Shown here piece after piece: positions 11,901 to 24,962 of a stretch of 64,000 bases of DNA (its first letter is position 1; each line of letters begins with the position of its first letter). Source of the DNA: Pocillopora damicornis (taxonomy: Eukaryota); NCBI RefSeq assembly GCF_003704095.1, contig NW_020844815.1:62001-126000 (forward strand), read 5' to 3'. Position numbers and translations under genes: made by a program. The notes under the pieces are model-generated. The model saw nothing but the letters and a program-made list of their open reading frames with translations, made no database searches and was not told the DNA's origin.

Positions 11901-14900
11901 AGTACGTCGATGCAAAATTCGTGATATTCAAAATAACTAAAGAACCCAGACCTTTCCCAGAGGCTTTGAAGCTTTGGTAATTAATTGGCAATAGGTTCTG
12001 GATTCAATTAATTACTAACAGTAAATCAAAGTACTCACCTGAGGGAAGAGGTATATTGAGCCCTCTAACTATTGTCAACTCCACCTCTGAATCACTCAGA
12101 TCTGGAAATGAACTAAAAAATGCATATGCACCGTAAGAAATATCAATATACAACATAATTAAATTCATTGTGAATGGCTGTGGGAATTCAAGCAGGTCCA
12201 CTGAAGACACAATGCTCTTAACTGCACCTAGCAGTAAAAATAGCAATAAACATAGGCCCTGGATAAGCCTTTCACTTCTCTGTGAAACTGTGCTAATTCA
12301 AAATTATAGGGGTATAAAAAGTTTTAAACTGGAAGCCCTTCGTTGCCCTCAAGCTTTTAAATAATTGTCATAATTTTTTGAACACAGGCTGTGAATTTGA
12401 ATTCGGAGTTTTTACTTGTCTGTAATACTAATTCAATTTTCACTGTTTGCATTGTTTGGGATTAACTGACCTGTCCTTAGTCATTATGAGCATGATGCAG
12501 TTCTTACATGATAAAATGTATATTATCAAAAAATGAACTCTGAATTAAAAACTTATAAAAAAAAAAAATTATGTGCCATAGCACTTTTCTGAGAGATTTC
12601 AAGCCTGAGGGTTGGTTGAGGGCTGATGCTGGAAAAGGATATAGTGTAGCAAGAGTTATTTCATCTTTGAAGACAAAGTTTGTAAATTATTTCTTTTTCA
12701 GTGACTGTGGCTCAATAAAGCCTTGAAATTAACTCTCTTTCAAAGTTATATTTCTTAGCTCACAGCTTTTTAAAAATAATAAAAAAATGCTTTTAAGATG
12801 ACTTACTCAACAATTGTAAATGATCTGTCTTCATAATGGAATTTTGGTGGAGGATCCTGGTATTTCCGGGCACTTTGAACTGAATCAAGGTCCTGTCTTA
12901 AATTCTTTGCCATCTTGTCAAAGCTTTATGTAATGAAAAACCAAGAAGAAATGGGAGAACAGAGAGGAACAATCAAGGTGACAGCTAAAATATATCACTT
13001 TACAAAGGCTTTTTTTAAAACTAATCAGAAACATAACTCTGTTTCTTTTGATGTCTGAATTGTGAATTCTCACTCAAAAAAGACCATTTTCCTTTTTTGA
13101 TTGACAGAGGTCATTTCCAAGCCCCTCTGTCTTTCCAGGTCCTTTTGGAATCTGTTCCCTCATTAGTAGCAGAATTTGATTTCTAGTATGATCACTTAAT
13201 TTCCACAAAATCCTTTTGCAAGTATTAATAATTATGTACACTTTGAAAGTCATCTTGAACAGACACAGCAGTCTCAGAATTACTCTGTGACTGAACATAA
13301 CAATGTCAAATGGATGAATTGTTTTCAAAAACACAAATTGACTGCCAAGGGGAATCTCCCTTAGATATCTTATAAAACATGGATGGGTCTGCTTGTGATC
13401 GCCTGCAGCTGATTACATGATTTTTGTTAATATTACAAACTTACTTTTTAGTGTTGGTTATATCACCTAACTTCTGGTAATGTTGAGCATTTCTGGCACA
13501 CATCTGTGAAATAAAATATATTCCTAAACATTTTATCAGATTAAGCTTTTTCTGCAGGGTAAAGAATGAACTATCTCCAGAGTCACAAATTATGAGTTTT
13601 TTAAACGCTCTTTAAGAACATGAAGCAAAATTCTTATCTAGCTAAAATCTNNNNNNNNNNNNNNNNNNNNNNNNNNNNNNNNNNNNNNNNNNNNNNNNNN
13701 NNNNNNNNNNNNNNNNNNNNNNNNNNNNNNNNNNNNNNNNNNNNNNNNNNNNNNNNNNNNNNNNNNNNNNNNNNNNNNNNNNNNNNNNNNNNNNNNNNNN
13801 NNNNNNNNNNNNNNNNNNNNNNNNNNNNNNNNNNNNNNNNNNNNNNNNNNNNNNNNNNNNNNNNNNNNNNNNNNNNNNNNNNNNNNNNNNNNNNNNNNNN
13901 NNNNNNNNNNNNNNNNNNNNNNNNNNNNNNNNNNNNNNNNNNNNNNNNNNNNNNNNNNNNTGGAAACCACAAATAAAAGCACCAACATGGAACTTGCACC
14001 AAAATTAAAATTTCAGTTTTAAAAACTGAACTTTTTAAGAAACTATCCCCTCTACTAGAGCTTCTGATAACCTTTTCATAAAAGACTTTAGGGACAGATA
14101 ATAATTTCAAAGTGAAGAATAAATTTATGAGGGAGTTATGGCCTATCAGCACTTTTGAACGATAAGTACATAACATTGTTATGATTAAGGTATATCACCT
14201 CAATTTGTTTAATAAGGGCATCCTCTAATCGTGAAAATAGCTCAGATTTTTCTTCTGATGTCTGAGGATTTGGCTCACAATCTTCAGCTTGGACCATCTC
14301 AAAGCTTAACTCTCTTGTGGGTGCAGGTTTTGAAGCTGCAAATGGAGAGGGGGGAACCTTCATACAAAACACAAACAGACAAAAAAGGAGAGTTAGTTTT
14401 CATAACCCTTTTACCCCTTAAATCAACAAGTATATTCTCATTACTGTTCCCTATACATTTCCTAAGATGCTGACTAAGAGAATTTGTTTAACAATCAAGA
14501 GCTTCGAAATTAAGAGACCCTCACAGCTAAGAACACTACTGAAACGAGTAGTTGAAAATAGGACTCATTTCAGTAGTGTTCTTAGCTGAGAGGGTCTCTT
14601 AATTTTGTTTCTTCATAAATATATGAATTTCATATATCTAAAATCATCAATGAAAAGCTTCTTCAGCTGGTGATCATTTCCTTTATTCTGTCAACCTTAA
14701 TGTGTGATTCAGAGGTGATATTGTAAGGAGAAATTAGATGTTGGACAGTCTTTGGGGTCAAAGGGTTAATATGCAAAAAAACTATTCTAAATTTGCACAT
14801 GCATATCAAGAAGTAACAGTTTTTGTCTGGTGGATGAAAATAAAACAGTTGTTCAAAAGTTAACATTAGAAAAAAGATGAGCCTCACACTGACTGAGTTT

Positions 14901-17900
14901 GTGATTGGTGTGGCTGTAAGCTACCAGTCAAGCTTTTTCTGCTTGGATCTTCATCCCAAGCACAAAGCAAGAGGGTCATAACTCAGAGTGGAAAAAACAA
15001 GGTCTCATAACTCACAGTATGGACTGAGAAAGGCTGAAAGATATTTATTTTATCTCTGCATTCAAATAGAGTGGGACATACATGTATAGTCAGGCAGATA
15101 AAGGGATATGTGAATGGACAGATTGTTTAGTATGTTCAACCAAGGCCAGTTCTGAAGTGGAAATGGAACAATAATAATATAAAACATCAAAATGATCAAC
15201 AATTGGTAAATGCAGATGTCACCAATGTCCATGTTTCACTACATCTAAAATATATTCTGGTCATGGTGAGTAGATAGATTCCTCAGACCATGATTACATA
15301 TCTACACACTGAAAATTTGGTTGTTCTGTGCTGGCACTTACATGTCTATTATAGACAACACACTGAACATGAATCTCTGCCNNNNNNNNNNNNNNNNNNN
15401 AAAATATGTATTAGACTTACTGATCCTAAATCAACCTTCAGTCCATTCTGAGCACTCAGAATCATTCTGTCCAGACCCTAAGGAACAAAGAAGATGCCAT
15501 TTGTCAGCACTTCTTTTATGTAAGATTCCCAACACTGATTTTCACCAAGTAGTACATCCATTGATTACATAGCTGTGGCTCTGAAATTTTAAGCTCACAA
15601 GTACAAAACAATCCCTTCATTATTGATATAGGTTGAAACTTTCTTTAATTTAAGAACCCTAGAGCCCTGTTCCTGTTTAGTATATTCAACAAATAGATTC
15701 AATGTGTTTCCTAACCTTGCTCATTCTTAGGTAGTTCTTGGCACCTTCAAGATCTCCCTGTTTTTTGGACTGCAATGCAGCTGTCTTAAACTCCTTCTGT
15801 CTTTCAAGCAAGTAATTGAGTTGCTGTTCATTGCGGCCAGGAGATTTACGAACAGATGACGTGGGTTGTAGGGCAGGTTGTGGAGACGGACTTGTGGCAG
15901 CAGGGCTTGCAGCACCAGCAGCAACAGAAGGAGAAGCAGTTGTTTGGGGTGCTGCCCCTTGCCTTGGCTCAGAAAACTGAGAATATGAATAAGGAAAGAT
16001 TTGCAAATCAGCAGTGCTTAGGTTTAAAAGGGATTTACCCTATGTACATGAAGAATTGAAATGTTTTGAATCAACTGAGTCTAGGGAAAGAACAGAAGGC
16101 TACTAGAACCTTTGATAATTGCTTGATTCTTTTCTGCTGAATTCCTCAAGACATATAAAAGTATTGTATTAAAGTATTTTTTCGTCTCTTCTGCTGTTAA
16201 AGTTTAAGATAACTTTATTTGCACTTTACCTCAGGGACAGAAAAGTTTTCAGCTGGTTCATCCTCTGGAGCTGCTACGCCTGGTATGGGTGCATATCCAG
16301 GGGGGGTCGGTAGTTCCTCATAGTCCACAGGTTTCCCAGCCTTATGGCTTTTGATAGCATCTTGATATTGCTGTTTTTTTATTTGTGATAAGTAAACAAA
16401 ACCTTATCAAAACTCATTTTTATGGTCCAAGAGTATCATAAAGCACATTCAAGTACTTGAGCCTGGACCATTTGTAGAAGAGTACCGGTAACCAGTTGGA
16501 ACATTAATGGAGGACCAAGCCTTGCAAACATGTCTTAAAAGCAGTTCAATTATGCTAAGTTACAGAAACGATAACTAGATTTGCCAGAAGTTGCCAAGCA
16601 GTTTTTCATTAGTTCCTTTTGCTCAAAAATCTAGTCAATGCTTATATCTAATAATACAAGGTACATGTATTTAAAGGGACTTCTGTCCTTGCCTAAAGGA
16701 ATGAGAAATTCATTCATAATTAATAATCAAAAATAAAGTAATATGAAAGGATGTTTAAATTAGCAGAGCTGACCTTAATAATGCTATTTAATTTAAAGAA
16801 AATTGTAAAAACTAATTATGAACTTTAAAGAGGAGCTGACCTTAACAATGCGCCCCATTCTTCGTGCCTTGCTTGAGTTGCCTTCTTGCTTAGCCTGGTT
16901 TTCAGCTTGCTGGTACTTTTCCAATCTTTGTTGCAAAGCTTCTGCAACATTTTTAGGGGGAGGGGGAGGCTCCAAGCTTTTGGCTGAACTACTTTCCCCT
17001 CCTGCCTCTCCTTTAGCTGCACTGCTTGGTGTTGCTTTAGCAGGGGGTGCAACTGACTCTTGGGAGGCTGGTGGAGTCATAGCTATTAAAGGCAAAAGGG
17101 TGAGTGAACATCAGTCTCAGTAACAGAAAATGATAATCAGTCATCTCCAGTTGAAGAATACTTGCAAAATGTGGAAGTAGAGTCAAGGAAGTGATGAACT
17201 ATTAAAACCCTTAGAGTGACTGGCATCTAATTTCTCTGTACAACATCACCCCTGAATCAAAAATTAAGGTAATAAAATTAAAGGAAATGATCACAAATTA
17301 AACCAGGTCTTGATTGTAAGATGAATCCTTCTTGTGGGTACCAAAGGAAACACATAGAGAATGTGGATACTGAAATTAGGGTGTAGGGAGTTGACCTGAG
17401 AATTCAAACAACAAAATAAACAGGGAACTGGAACACAAATTCCAGAAGCAAGGATGCCTACATTTACAACCAATGAAATCAAACAGAGCCCCACAACAAG
17501 AGACAGCGACAACAGTACAGGGAATGTCTCAATGAAATAGGAAGGATCAAATGCCTCAATAAGAGCTGTTGAAAAATTAGGGCCATCAGGGAAAAGTATC
17601 ATGCTTCATAGGTGCTCTGCAACTAGTCTTGTGTAAGCGTTCTTATCAAACGCGACCACATCATAAGACCTGGGATAAAACTTCCGCAGGATAGCAATTA
17701 TTAATTAGATAGTGTTTTGCAACAATGAACAGCTTCCTTAAGTTTATTCTTTGCTTTATTATGATAATTGCCATTACCAAAAATACAGTAGTGAACATAC
17801 CTGATGATGCTTGTGGGACAGATGGTACTGGAGGTAACTGTGAAATATCTACTGCTTCACCTTTCTCTAACAGTTCAATAGCTGAATCTATTTGCTGGCG

Positions 17901-20900
17901 AATGTAAAACAAGTATGTGTTAGAATATTAACCCTTTAACTCACAACATGTGAGTGTTAATTCTCCCCTCTAGCTGCTACACATTTCCTTGTAAATAAGT
18001 TTTGAGAATTTGGTGTTAGATCAAGGTAACAACCTGATACATTTGAGTATTCCCATTACCTGTTTGCTGGATGGTGCATGAATATTGTAGGGAGAAGTTA
18101 CTTGCTAATAACTTCTGGGAGTTAAGGGGTTAAATTAAATTTTTTCTAAATTCAAAGTATTATTGAACAACAGTATCTAGAAAACTGCATGATGGCAATG
18201 TGAGAATGCAGGTTTGCTAAGTACCTTTGACACTGCCAAAAACTGTTTGGCTTGTTGAATTTCTCCTGCTTTTTTGCAGGTCAGGGCAGCTACTCTGTAC
18301 TGATTTCGTCTCGTCATGAAAAGCTCTTTATTCTGAGCACCTTCACTGCCAGGCTAAAACAGTAACATTATTACAGAAAACTTAAAGAATACTTGATCTA
18401 TTCAATAATGTTATTGTGCCTCACTATTGCATGCATAAGAATCCAGGATTTTTTCAGACTGGAAAAGAAGACTACTGCAAAAAAAATATGTTATTATATC
18501 AAATGCTTATTTAATGCATACAGCACTGCAAATTTCAAAATTGTTCACAACAAATTTATGTTTAATTAAATTTTCAATAAACGGTTTGTGACTAGATTCT
18601 TTGGCAGTTCAATGATTGAATTGTACTGAATTGTGCACATGCAAGTACACAGAGGATTCTTAAGAAAACAGTCTAACTGATTGTCATATGAGAAATACTG
18701 TAATTTTAAAATCTTATCTCAGTTTGCTGCTATGGGAATCTGAAGGCTAAATCAAAATTTTTGGAATGCTTTCATTTTTCACATAATTAAGCTTATAATT
18801 GTTTGAGTACCTTTAATACTTGCAAAAGTTTGATGATTAAAAAATGTCCTGTTTTAATAATACAAAGCCCCATCAATATTTTCTGAATTTTCTTTTGTTG
18901 CCTTCAACAAGTGGCAAAATAGGAGGATTTTTGTTAAAGAGGGTTAGGGCTAAAAGGCCTCAATGGCACATTAAGGCCTTTCAAATCCAAGAGGGTTTTT
19001 CTTTTCTCTGGGCCCTACATGTTTTTATCCAATCCAAACTGGCAAACTAAAGTTCAGGCTTCTTTTTTCCCAACTGCTAACTCCCTATTACATATAAATA
19101 TCTAGTAACTAAATATAAACCTACCTTGGATTCACTGGGCTTTTGACTGTCTGTGACCAAAAGTAAATTAAAGCAAAATTTACTCTTGTACTTTTAATTA
19201 TCATTTTAAACAAGATCTGTCACAATAAAACAGTTTGATAGTATCCATGTTTGGCCATATTTACCCTTGGGAAGAGGGAGCCTCTGTTAGAGACTTAAAA
19301 GAGAACACAGTACAATACAATGCCAAGATAGAGTGTAGACCTATGCTTTGCCTCAGGAGTCCAGCGCACTGACCAGTGGGCTACCTGTGCTTCTCCCACA
19401 AACTTACTTAAGACTGATCACAAACTCAAAGTTCTTATAGTGCATGTATGTTTTTCTTTTTTCAAACCACTTTGATCTTTATTTACTTGGCAGTCAAAAT
19501 TAGAAGTTACAGATTTAAAAGAACACAATCTTTCAAGATAAATTGTTGTTTCCTTAAAGATTGAGAATAGGGGTTGAAATTAAAAGGAAAAAAAACTACT
19601 AGTACTTGGTGGGAGAAGTGTAAATGGGAAAAAAATTTCACCACTTACCATCTTGGACAGGTCTGGATACATCTTCTGGGGATGTTGTTTCAAGCCTTAT
19701 GGACTTATTAGCTGTCTGATCCACTTGTGCTTCAGGAACAGAATCCTGGACTGGCTGAGAAGAAACTGGAGCTGAAGGTTTAGCAGCTCCAGTGGCCACT
19801 GGTGGAGGAACTGCATCCAGATCAATTGCCTTCCCAGCTTTAGCCTGCTTGATCATTTGTTCTATTTCCTAAAATAAAAGAGAAAAACTGTAAACTCGTC
19901 ATTTGCAGAAATACAATGGTTGAGTTTCAGGAGAAATTATAGTTCTAAAATGACGTTGTCCAACAAAATTGTACGCCTATAACTAACAGGTCAACTAGTG
20001 AGTAAACGTTAAGTCTGTACTGTGAACCTCCCCTCAGAGCTTAACCCAGTTTCCATAGCACGAAATGAGTAAGAGTATTACCACTCCCCCCTGGATGGGA
20101 TGTCAGTCAATCATAAGGTCACCCCCAGCATTTCATCAAGCTTCCCTGACAATTCAACAGCACCCATTTTTTCTCCTGGGTGAGAGAAGTACTGTGAGAG
20201 TACAGTATTTTTGCCAAGTACACAACACACTGGCTTGACCAGATCTTGAATCCAAACAACTCCAGCCTGAGTTCCAGTACACTAACCGTTAGGCCTCCAA
20301 TGTTTCTCAATCTTTTTTGTGAAACAATGGCCAAATTCACAGCTATGACACCAAAACAGTCAGTAATTATCAAATGTATTTGTGTCATTTAAATCTCAAG
20401 CAATTTACAATTTTCGACCAAGGTCCTAAAATTTGGAACTCTCTTATTTGTAACAGTCAGTTGTTTGTCAAGTCTTCTCTGCTTTGAGAAGAAAATGTCA
20501 GTCAGAGTTTCTATTATTTAAAATAATCACTGAATTAGCCAAGCTGCAAACTCGCAACACTTAAATATGTCGCCAGTTACAGATAAGGTGGCCTTTCCCA
20601 TAAGCTCTGTCAGGTATCTTGAGGTCTCCTTGCCTTATTATTATCTTGCTGTAAATTATTGTAATTCATTTTTTCGTTATTGTTAAAAAAGGAAAATAAA
20701 TCATGGTGATCATAATATTGATGATTGTACCTTGAGTCCTCGGCCATATCTTCTGGCCTTGCTTCCTTCACCAGCTTTATTTGCATTTTCTATTGCCAGC
20801 TTGTAGTTTTTCTCTCTTTCTAACAACAAGTCAACTTGTGAAGAACTCCCTTTTGAACCCTTACAATTAAAAAACGCAAGAAGTATAAAGAGTGGGTGAC

Positions 20901-23891
20901 TTTCCAGTTTGATGTTGAAATCAGGCAACTTGAGGATTTTTTTTACTGGAAGTACATGTAGATGATTTTGTTTTACAGCTCAAATAAAAAGTTTACAATT
21001 AAATTACAAAAAATAGCAATTAATGATAACAATTATTTATTATATAATAACTAAATTATAACTGTAAAAAGTTCACCAATATAACTGCTGTCAGCATCAG
21101 TTGGTTTCCCAAATTATCTTACCTGATCACTGCTGGTTGACGCTGGGACAGAGGGAAGTAAGACTGGGGTTGGATCATGATGCTCTGAGCCATCTTCTCC
21201 TGGAGCAATACATTGAAGTTCAGCCTTCAAGACAAAATGCAATGGTTACCAAATGTAAACTTACCTCATAAAAAACGCACAATCAGAAATACCTTTTAAT
21301 TACCAACCGAGTTTGAGGTCTGTCCTGTAACTTATAGGCAACATTTTTCTGCTCAGATTTATGGCCCAAACACAACACATGCAGGCCATAAATTCAGGTA
21401 GAGTAAACTCAACTAAGACTGAGAAGACAAGATTGGTAAGATATTTATTTTATTGCTGGGTTCAAATAGAGGGTGAAGATTTAAACTAACACAAAAATTT
21501 TCATTTAGCCCCATCATGTTGTGAGAAATGGCCTGCAAAATTGACCAATGATGGTGCAAGTACTTACTATAAGGGATGTAACAATGCACTCTTAAAATGG
21601 TGAAGTAACCGGGGAGTGACAATACACTAACAGGTGTCATATTTGTGTAAAAAACTAGATTTAATGACTGGAAATGACTCCTCAATTACATGCACCTCCA
21701 CAAATTTACTTTGTATTAAATGCACCCATTCATAAATCCTTAATAAATACTCTCTTACACTGGTGTTGGATGAAACATCACCTCAAAAACAAAAAATATT
21801 TACACCCAAAAGAGCCCTACCAAGAGCTGTGGGTCATTTTCATCAATTTCATCATCATCATCATCATCATTTCCAAAGTCATCCTCATCTAATCCGACCA
21901 TAGATCTTCCTGGTTCTGCCGAATGAGTAAAGTAAATAATACAAACAAAAGATGACACTTGGTCCTTCGCCCTTGACCCTTTACATGCTAACATCAGTAT
22001 ACATATTCTACATCTCTACAGTATCGACAAGAAAAATTTGTTTAACAGTCAAGAATTTCTTCAGTGGGGGGTTGTTTCCTTTGTAACCTTAATGTTTGAT
22101 TTATTAGTGACAATGAGTAGAGAAATAAGATGCCAATCACTCCTGGGGGCTAAAGAGTTATGGTTAAATTAAAATAATTTTGAGAGATAATGGGTTTTTG
22201 TAGGGGAAGGAAAAATGGAGAACCCATGGCAGAAACCTAGAGGCAAGAGAGAGACCTGATAAAAACTTTAGTCTGCATGTAATACCCATTGTGAGAATCA
22301 GACCTGGACCACGCTATTAAGTGGCAAGCACGACTAATAATACTTGTGTACCAATTGTGTCAATTTGTTCGCTTCTGATTGAAATGAAAATTACCTCTAA
22401 AGTCAAAATTTGGAAAAGGTTGACAATTTTTGCTTTCCCTTTTGTTAATTTATTATGTGTCAACTAAAAAACATTATCAATAACATAGTACAAGGCAATT
22501 ACTTTTCTTCTTTCCTCTAGATGATGACTGCCCTTGTAGAGCTGCCAGTTCTGCTTCAAGGCTTTCATCATCCTCATCCTCGTCATCATCGTCATCATCA
22601 TTACCAATTCCTATCCCCCCAATCCCTAATGCAGCCATTTCATCTGGGTTGATATCAAGTCCAAGCTGTATTAAGAACAGCAAATAAGAAATAACAAATA
22701 AATAACATTGCAAATAGAGAAAAGAGCAAGTAAAAGTCGAACTACACCCAATAGCAGCAAACAAAAGAGTGGGAATGAAGCTGTTTATGTGGCAAAATCT
22801 GGTGCAGACCCCCCATGAAAAGAGTATAGACCCACAATATTTAATTTGTGGAAACTATGTGCACCATGTTATTTAGGGTGGGTACAGACCCCTGTTTATT
22901 AAGGTCTGGGCCAGAGGCATCTAAGGACCCAAAACTCTGAAAAAAATTCAGTTTTGACCACTCTCATCAGTTTTGATAGGTCCATACCTGCTTTTCCTGC
23001 AGTTTAAATAGCCTTTAGAATAAGAAAATAAATTTTTTTCCTTCTCCAAAACTCTTGATGACTTAATTCACGAAAAAAAATTGCCAGATGCGATGGTGGA
23101 TACAATTTCAACTACTAGAATAAAGTTGAGAACTACTTTGCATGTGCCTCTAAGCCAGTAACTACTTAATGCAAAAAACGAACCTCCTCCAACTCGTGAT
23201 TGTCTATGATACAAGCCCACCATGTCTGTTTACCTTGATAACCACTCCTCTTCTATCACACCAATAACTAAACAAGCTCACAATGTCATTGTTTTTTGAT
23301 ATTTGTTGTTTTGGGCATTTTCTGTCGTTTCTATTAAACCCCTACTAGTTTCTGACACTTTTACCCAATGCTAAAAACATCTGAAATGGCCACCAAATGT
23401 ATTTCACAAGGATACCAACATTTAAATCTATCAACGGGATTGACCCTCACCACAATAAAAAAAGTGACTAATATTTTACAAGGCTGTATTTCAAAATATT
23501 CTCTGCATGACTTCTTAAACATCTAGCTTGCTTTCAAACGCTGATGCGACGAGCAAGTTCGAAATTTCTCATGTAGTACGTTTGCATGTTTCAAATCCTA
23601 AGACAGCGGATGGAAAAGGATAAAAAAATAACATCAACTACAATTAATAACTATGGTACATATCGATTATTGTGGCACTTTTAAATCATATTTAAGTCGC
23701 CTGACACAGCATCGTTACAGTTTCCACTAGCACTTAGGCCCTAGAGATCTGAGTCATGCCCCACACATTCCAAATTTACACGACACAAATTTAATGAAAA
23801 AAATATATGAAATATACAGTACCAAATTGGAGAGATCGTTCTTCTTGTGTCCTTCTTGGGGACGGGGGGATTTTTTCCTCCTACTAAACAT
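3918..23891 (-). CDS. CC2D1: Coiled-coil and C2 domain-containing protein 1 (CC2D1A/CC2D1B, Lgd ortholog). At least 26 coding exons; last short exon and stop codon not located (below 3918)
   Basis: ATG at 23891 (MFSRRKKSPRPQEGHKKNDLSNL|LGLDINPDEM...). Acidic N-terminus. Four DM14 repeats (LLEREKNYKLAIENANKAGEGSKARRYGRGLK ~20730-20860; FMTRRNQYRVAALTCKKAGEIQQAKQFL ~18224-18353; LQQRLEKYQQAENQAKQEGNSSKARRMGRIVK ~16841; LLERQKEFKTAALQSKKQGDLEGAKNYLRMSK ~15715). C2 domain (FPDLSDSEVELTIVRGLNIPLP...GRKAVGGKLEVHMRIREPL...KWLVID, 12110-9581). C-terminal exons 7749-7798, 5345-5408, 4489-4615 and 3918-4042 (YIRQLQTKIPQEHAKAQQVLKAGNRSEAQLCLTRRKLMENE). Splice phases join consistently across both N gaps. 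Confidence 0.93.
7967..8178. mobile_element. TTAA-flanked (piggyBac-like) MITE, approx. 200 bp
   Basis: TTAA-CCCTTCAACTCC ... GGGAGTTAAAGGG-TTAA terminal inverted repeats; the family recurs about 11 times in the window. Confidence 0.85.
8761..9011. mobile_element. Foldback element with ~85-bp arms (8761-8845 / 8866-8950) and a unique tail; decayed hammerhead-like core
   Basis: Near-perfect inverted arms GGGTAATTTGGTAT...TTAGCCC / GGGCTAA...ATACCAAATTACCC. Homologous copies at 24738-24968, ~42960-43010, 50026-50195 and ~53385-53530. Confidence 0.8.
9325..9557. mobile_element. GC-rich MITE-like element with degenerate TIRs
   Basis: GCCTCTCAGCAGGTCTCCGTTAT ... ATAACGAGGACCTACTCGTAGGC imperfect inverted ends; GC-rich island within an AT-rich intron. 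Confidence 0.45.
10010..10446. mobile_element. Tc1/mariner(pogo)-like MITE
   Basis: CAGTTGAGCCTGTATTAAGC ... GCTTAATACAGGTTTAACTG-TA termini with internal ATTAAGCGGTCA repeats; second copy at 26117-26762. Confidence 0.75.
11357..11567. mobile_element. TTAA-flanked MITE
   Basis: TTAACCTTTTAACTCCC ... GGGTGTTAAAGGGTTAA. Confidence 0.85.
13651..13960. other. Assembly gap (310 N) in a CC2D1 intron
   Basis: Run of N. The flanking exons (~14199 and ~13504) join in frame, so no coding exon is obviously lost. Confidence 0.99.
14402..14769. mobile_element. TTAA-type MITE interrupted by a ~155-bp hairpin-containing insertion
   Basis: ATAACCCTTTTACCCC ... GGGGTCAAAGGGTTAA ends. The insertion (14506-14661) is flanked by a repeated AGCTTC. 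Confidence 0.75.
15382..15400. other. Assembly gap (19 N)
   Basis: Run of N in an intron. Confidence 0.99.
17202..17395. mobile_element. Degenerate TTAA-type MITE
   Basis: The internal sequence GAGTGACTGGCATCTAATTTCTC...CAACATCACCCCTGAATCA matches the copies at 45004 and 50847. Confidence 0.7.
17928..18133. mobile_element. TTAA-flanked MITE
   Basis: TTAACCCTTTAACTC ... GGGAGTTAAGGGGTTAA; the reverse-orientation relative of the copy at 7967. Confidence 0.85.
20040..20305 (-). mobile_element. tRNA-headed SINE; decayed fragments also at ~19240-19400, ~28925-29040 and ~56060-56230
   Basis: The minus strand begins GGAGGCCTAACGGTTAGTGTACTGGAACTC...GGATTCAAGATC (A/B-box-like), followed by the body TGTGTTGTGTACTTGGCAAAAATACT...CACCCAGGAG...CATCCCATCCAGGGGGGAGT typical of cnidarian SINEs. 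Confidence 0.7.
21965..22160. mobile_element. Degenerate TTAA-type MITE
   Basis: TTGACCCTTTACA ... GGGGGCTAAAGAGTTA ends; internal similarity to the 14402 copy (AATTTGTTTAACA.TCAAGA). Confidence 0.6.
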
Positions 23892-24112
23892 TTTGCCGAA
23901 ACTCTAAATTTGGTGAATTTTGTAATGAATTCTTTTCGGTTTCCGCGTTCCTTGCCAAACGCTCAGCGGAGTTTGTTTCCAAGTATGTACTTTATGTATG
24001 GACAACCAGACCAGAAAATGGCGACGTAGACAGCTACCATAACTAAACTAAAACTCGCTCAAATATTGAAATCGCTTTGAAATTGGCCTTTACTTTGAAA
24101 CTTGAGTGGAAG
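23892..24112. promoter_or_regulatory. Bidirectional promoter / 5'UTR region shared by CC2D1 and GPS2
   Basis: The divergent start codons are separated by only 221 bp. YY1-like AAAATGGCG at 24015-24023. Confidence 0.75.
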
Positions 24113-24927
24113 ATGCCTGTTCTGATCGAAAGAACTCGTCCGCCAAAAGCCCAATTAAGGGCTGTGCATGCGTATATACGGCGACAACGGGAGAAAGGAA
24201 AGCAAGCATTGGCCGAAAGCAAGGCAAAGGAAGAAGAAGAAAAGCAGCGTAAAAAAGAAGAAGAAAAAAAGAAGGAAACTGTAGAAGATGTCAAAAAGGA
24301 AATTGCAGAATTAGAAGCCAAACTAGAGCAACTGAAGCAGAAGAAACACGATCTTTTTTCTCAGTTCAAAAGAGCTTTAAATTATGAAAACGAATTGAAG
24401 AGACAGCAGGAGAATCAAGCTGCGTTGAAGGCATCTGTTAATGTGACAACCAGTTCTAGAGGCGTTCTTGGTTTACCAACTGGACAGCCCTTTATTTCGC
24501 AAAGTGTGCCTCCGCAACCTGGATTGATGGACGCTGTTCCCAATTCAGGTGTGTGATCATCCACGACAATAATAAGAATGGTATACGTAATTTTCAAAAT
24601 CAAAATCTACAAGAAAACGCTTTGGTTCAAAAGGTCACAAATCGAGTTCCTGTGAGCCAACCTAGTCCGAATGGTATTCCAGTTGTTAAGTCTGTCCAAC
24701 ATCGAGTTATTTTTGTTGGCAAACTGAAAGCAAAGCCGGGAAATTTAGTATTATCAACTGAGTTGATAACATAAATTGGCCACCGTGAAGAGTTTAAAAG
24801 CAGACGTTTCAAGCGCTAGTCCTTCGTTAGAGCGAAATTTCAGCTTTTGAACTCTTTACAGTGGCCAATTTATGTTATCAACTCAGTTGATAATACTAAA
24901 TTACCATGTTGTACTCTCCCACTGACA

Positions 24928-24962
<35 letters not shown>

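Noticed and set aside
13620-14176. Long ORFs containing X runs
   Set aside because: Artefacts of the 310-N assembly gap.
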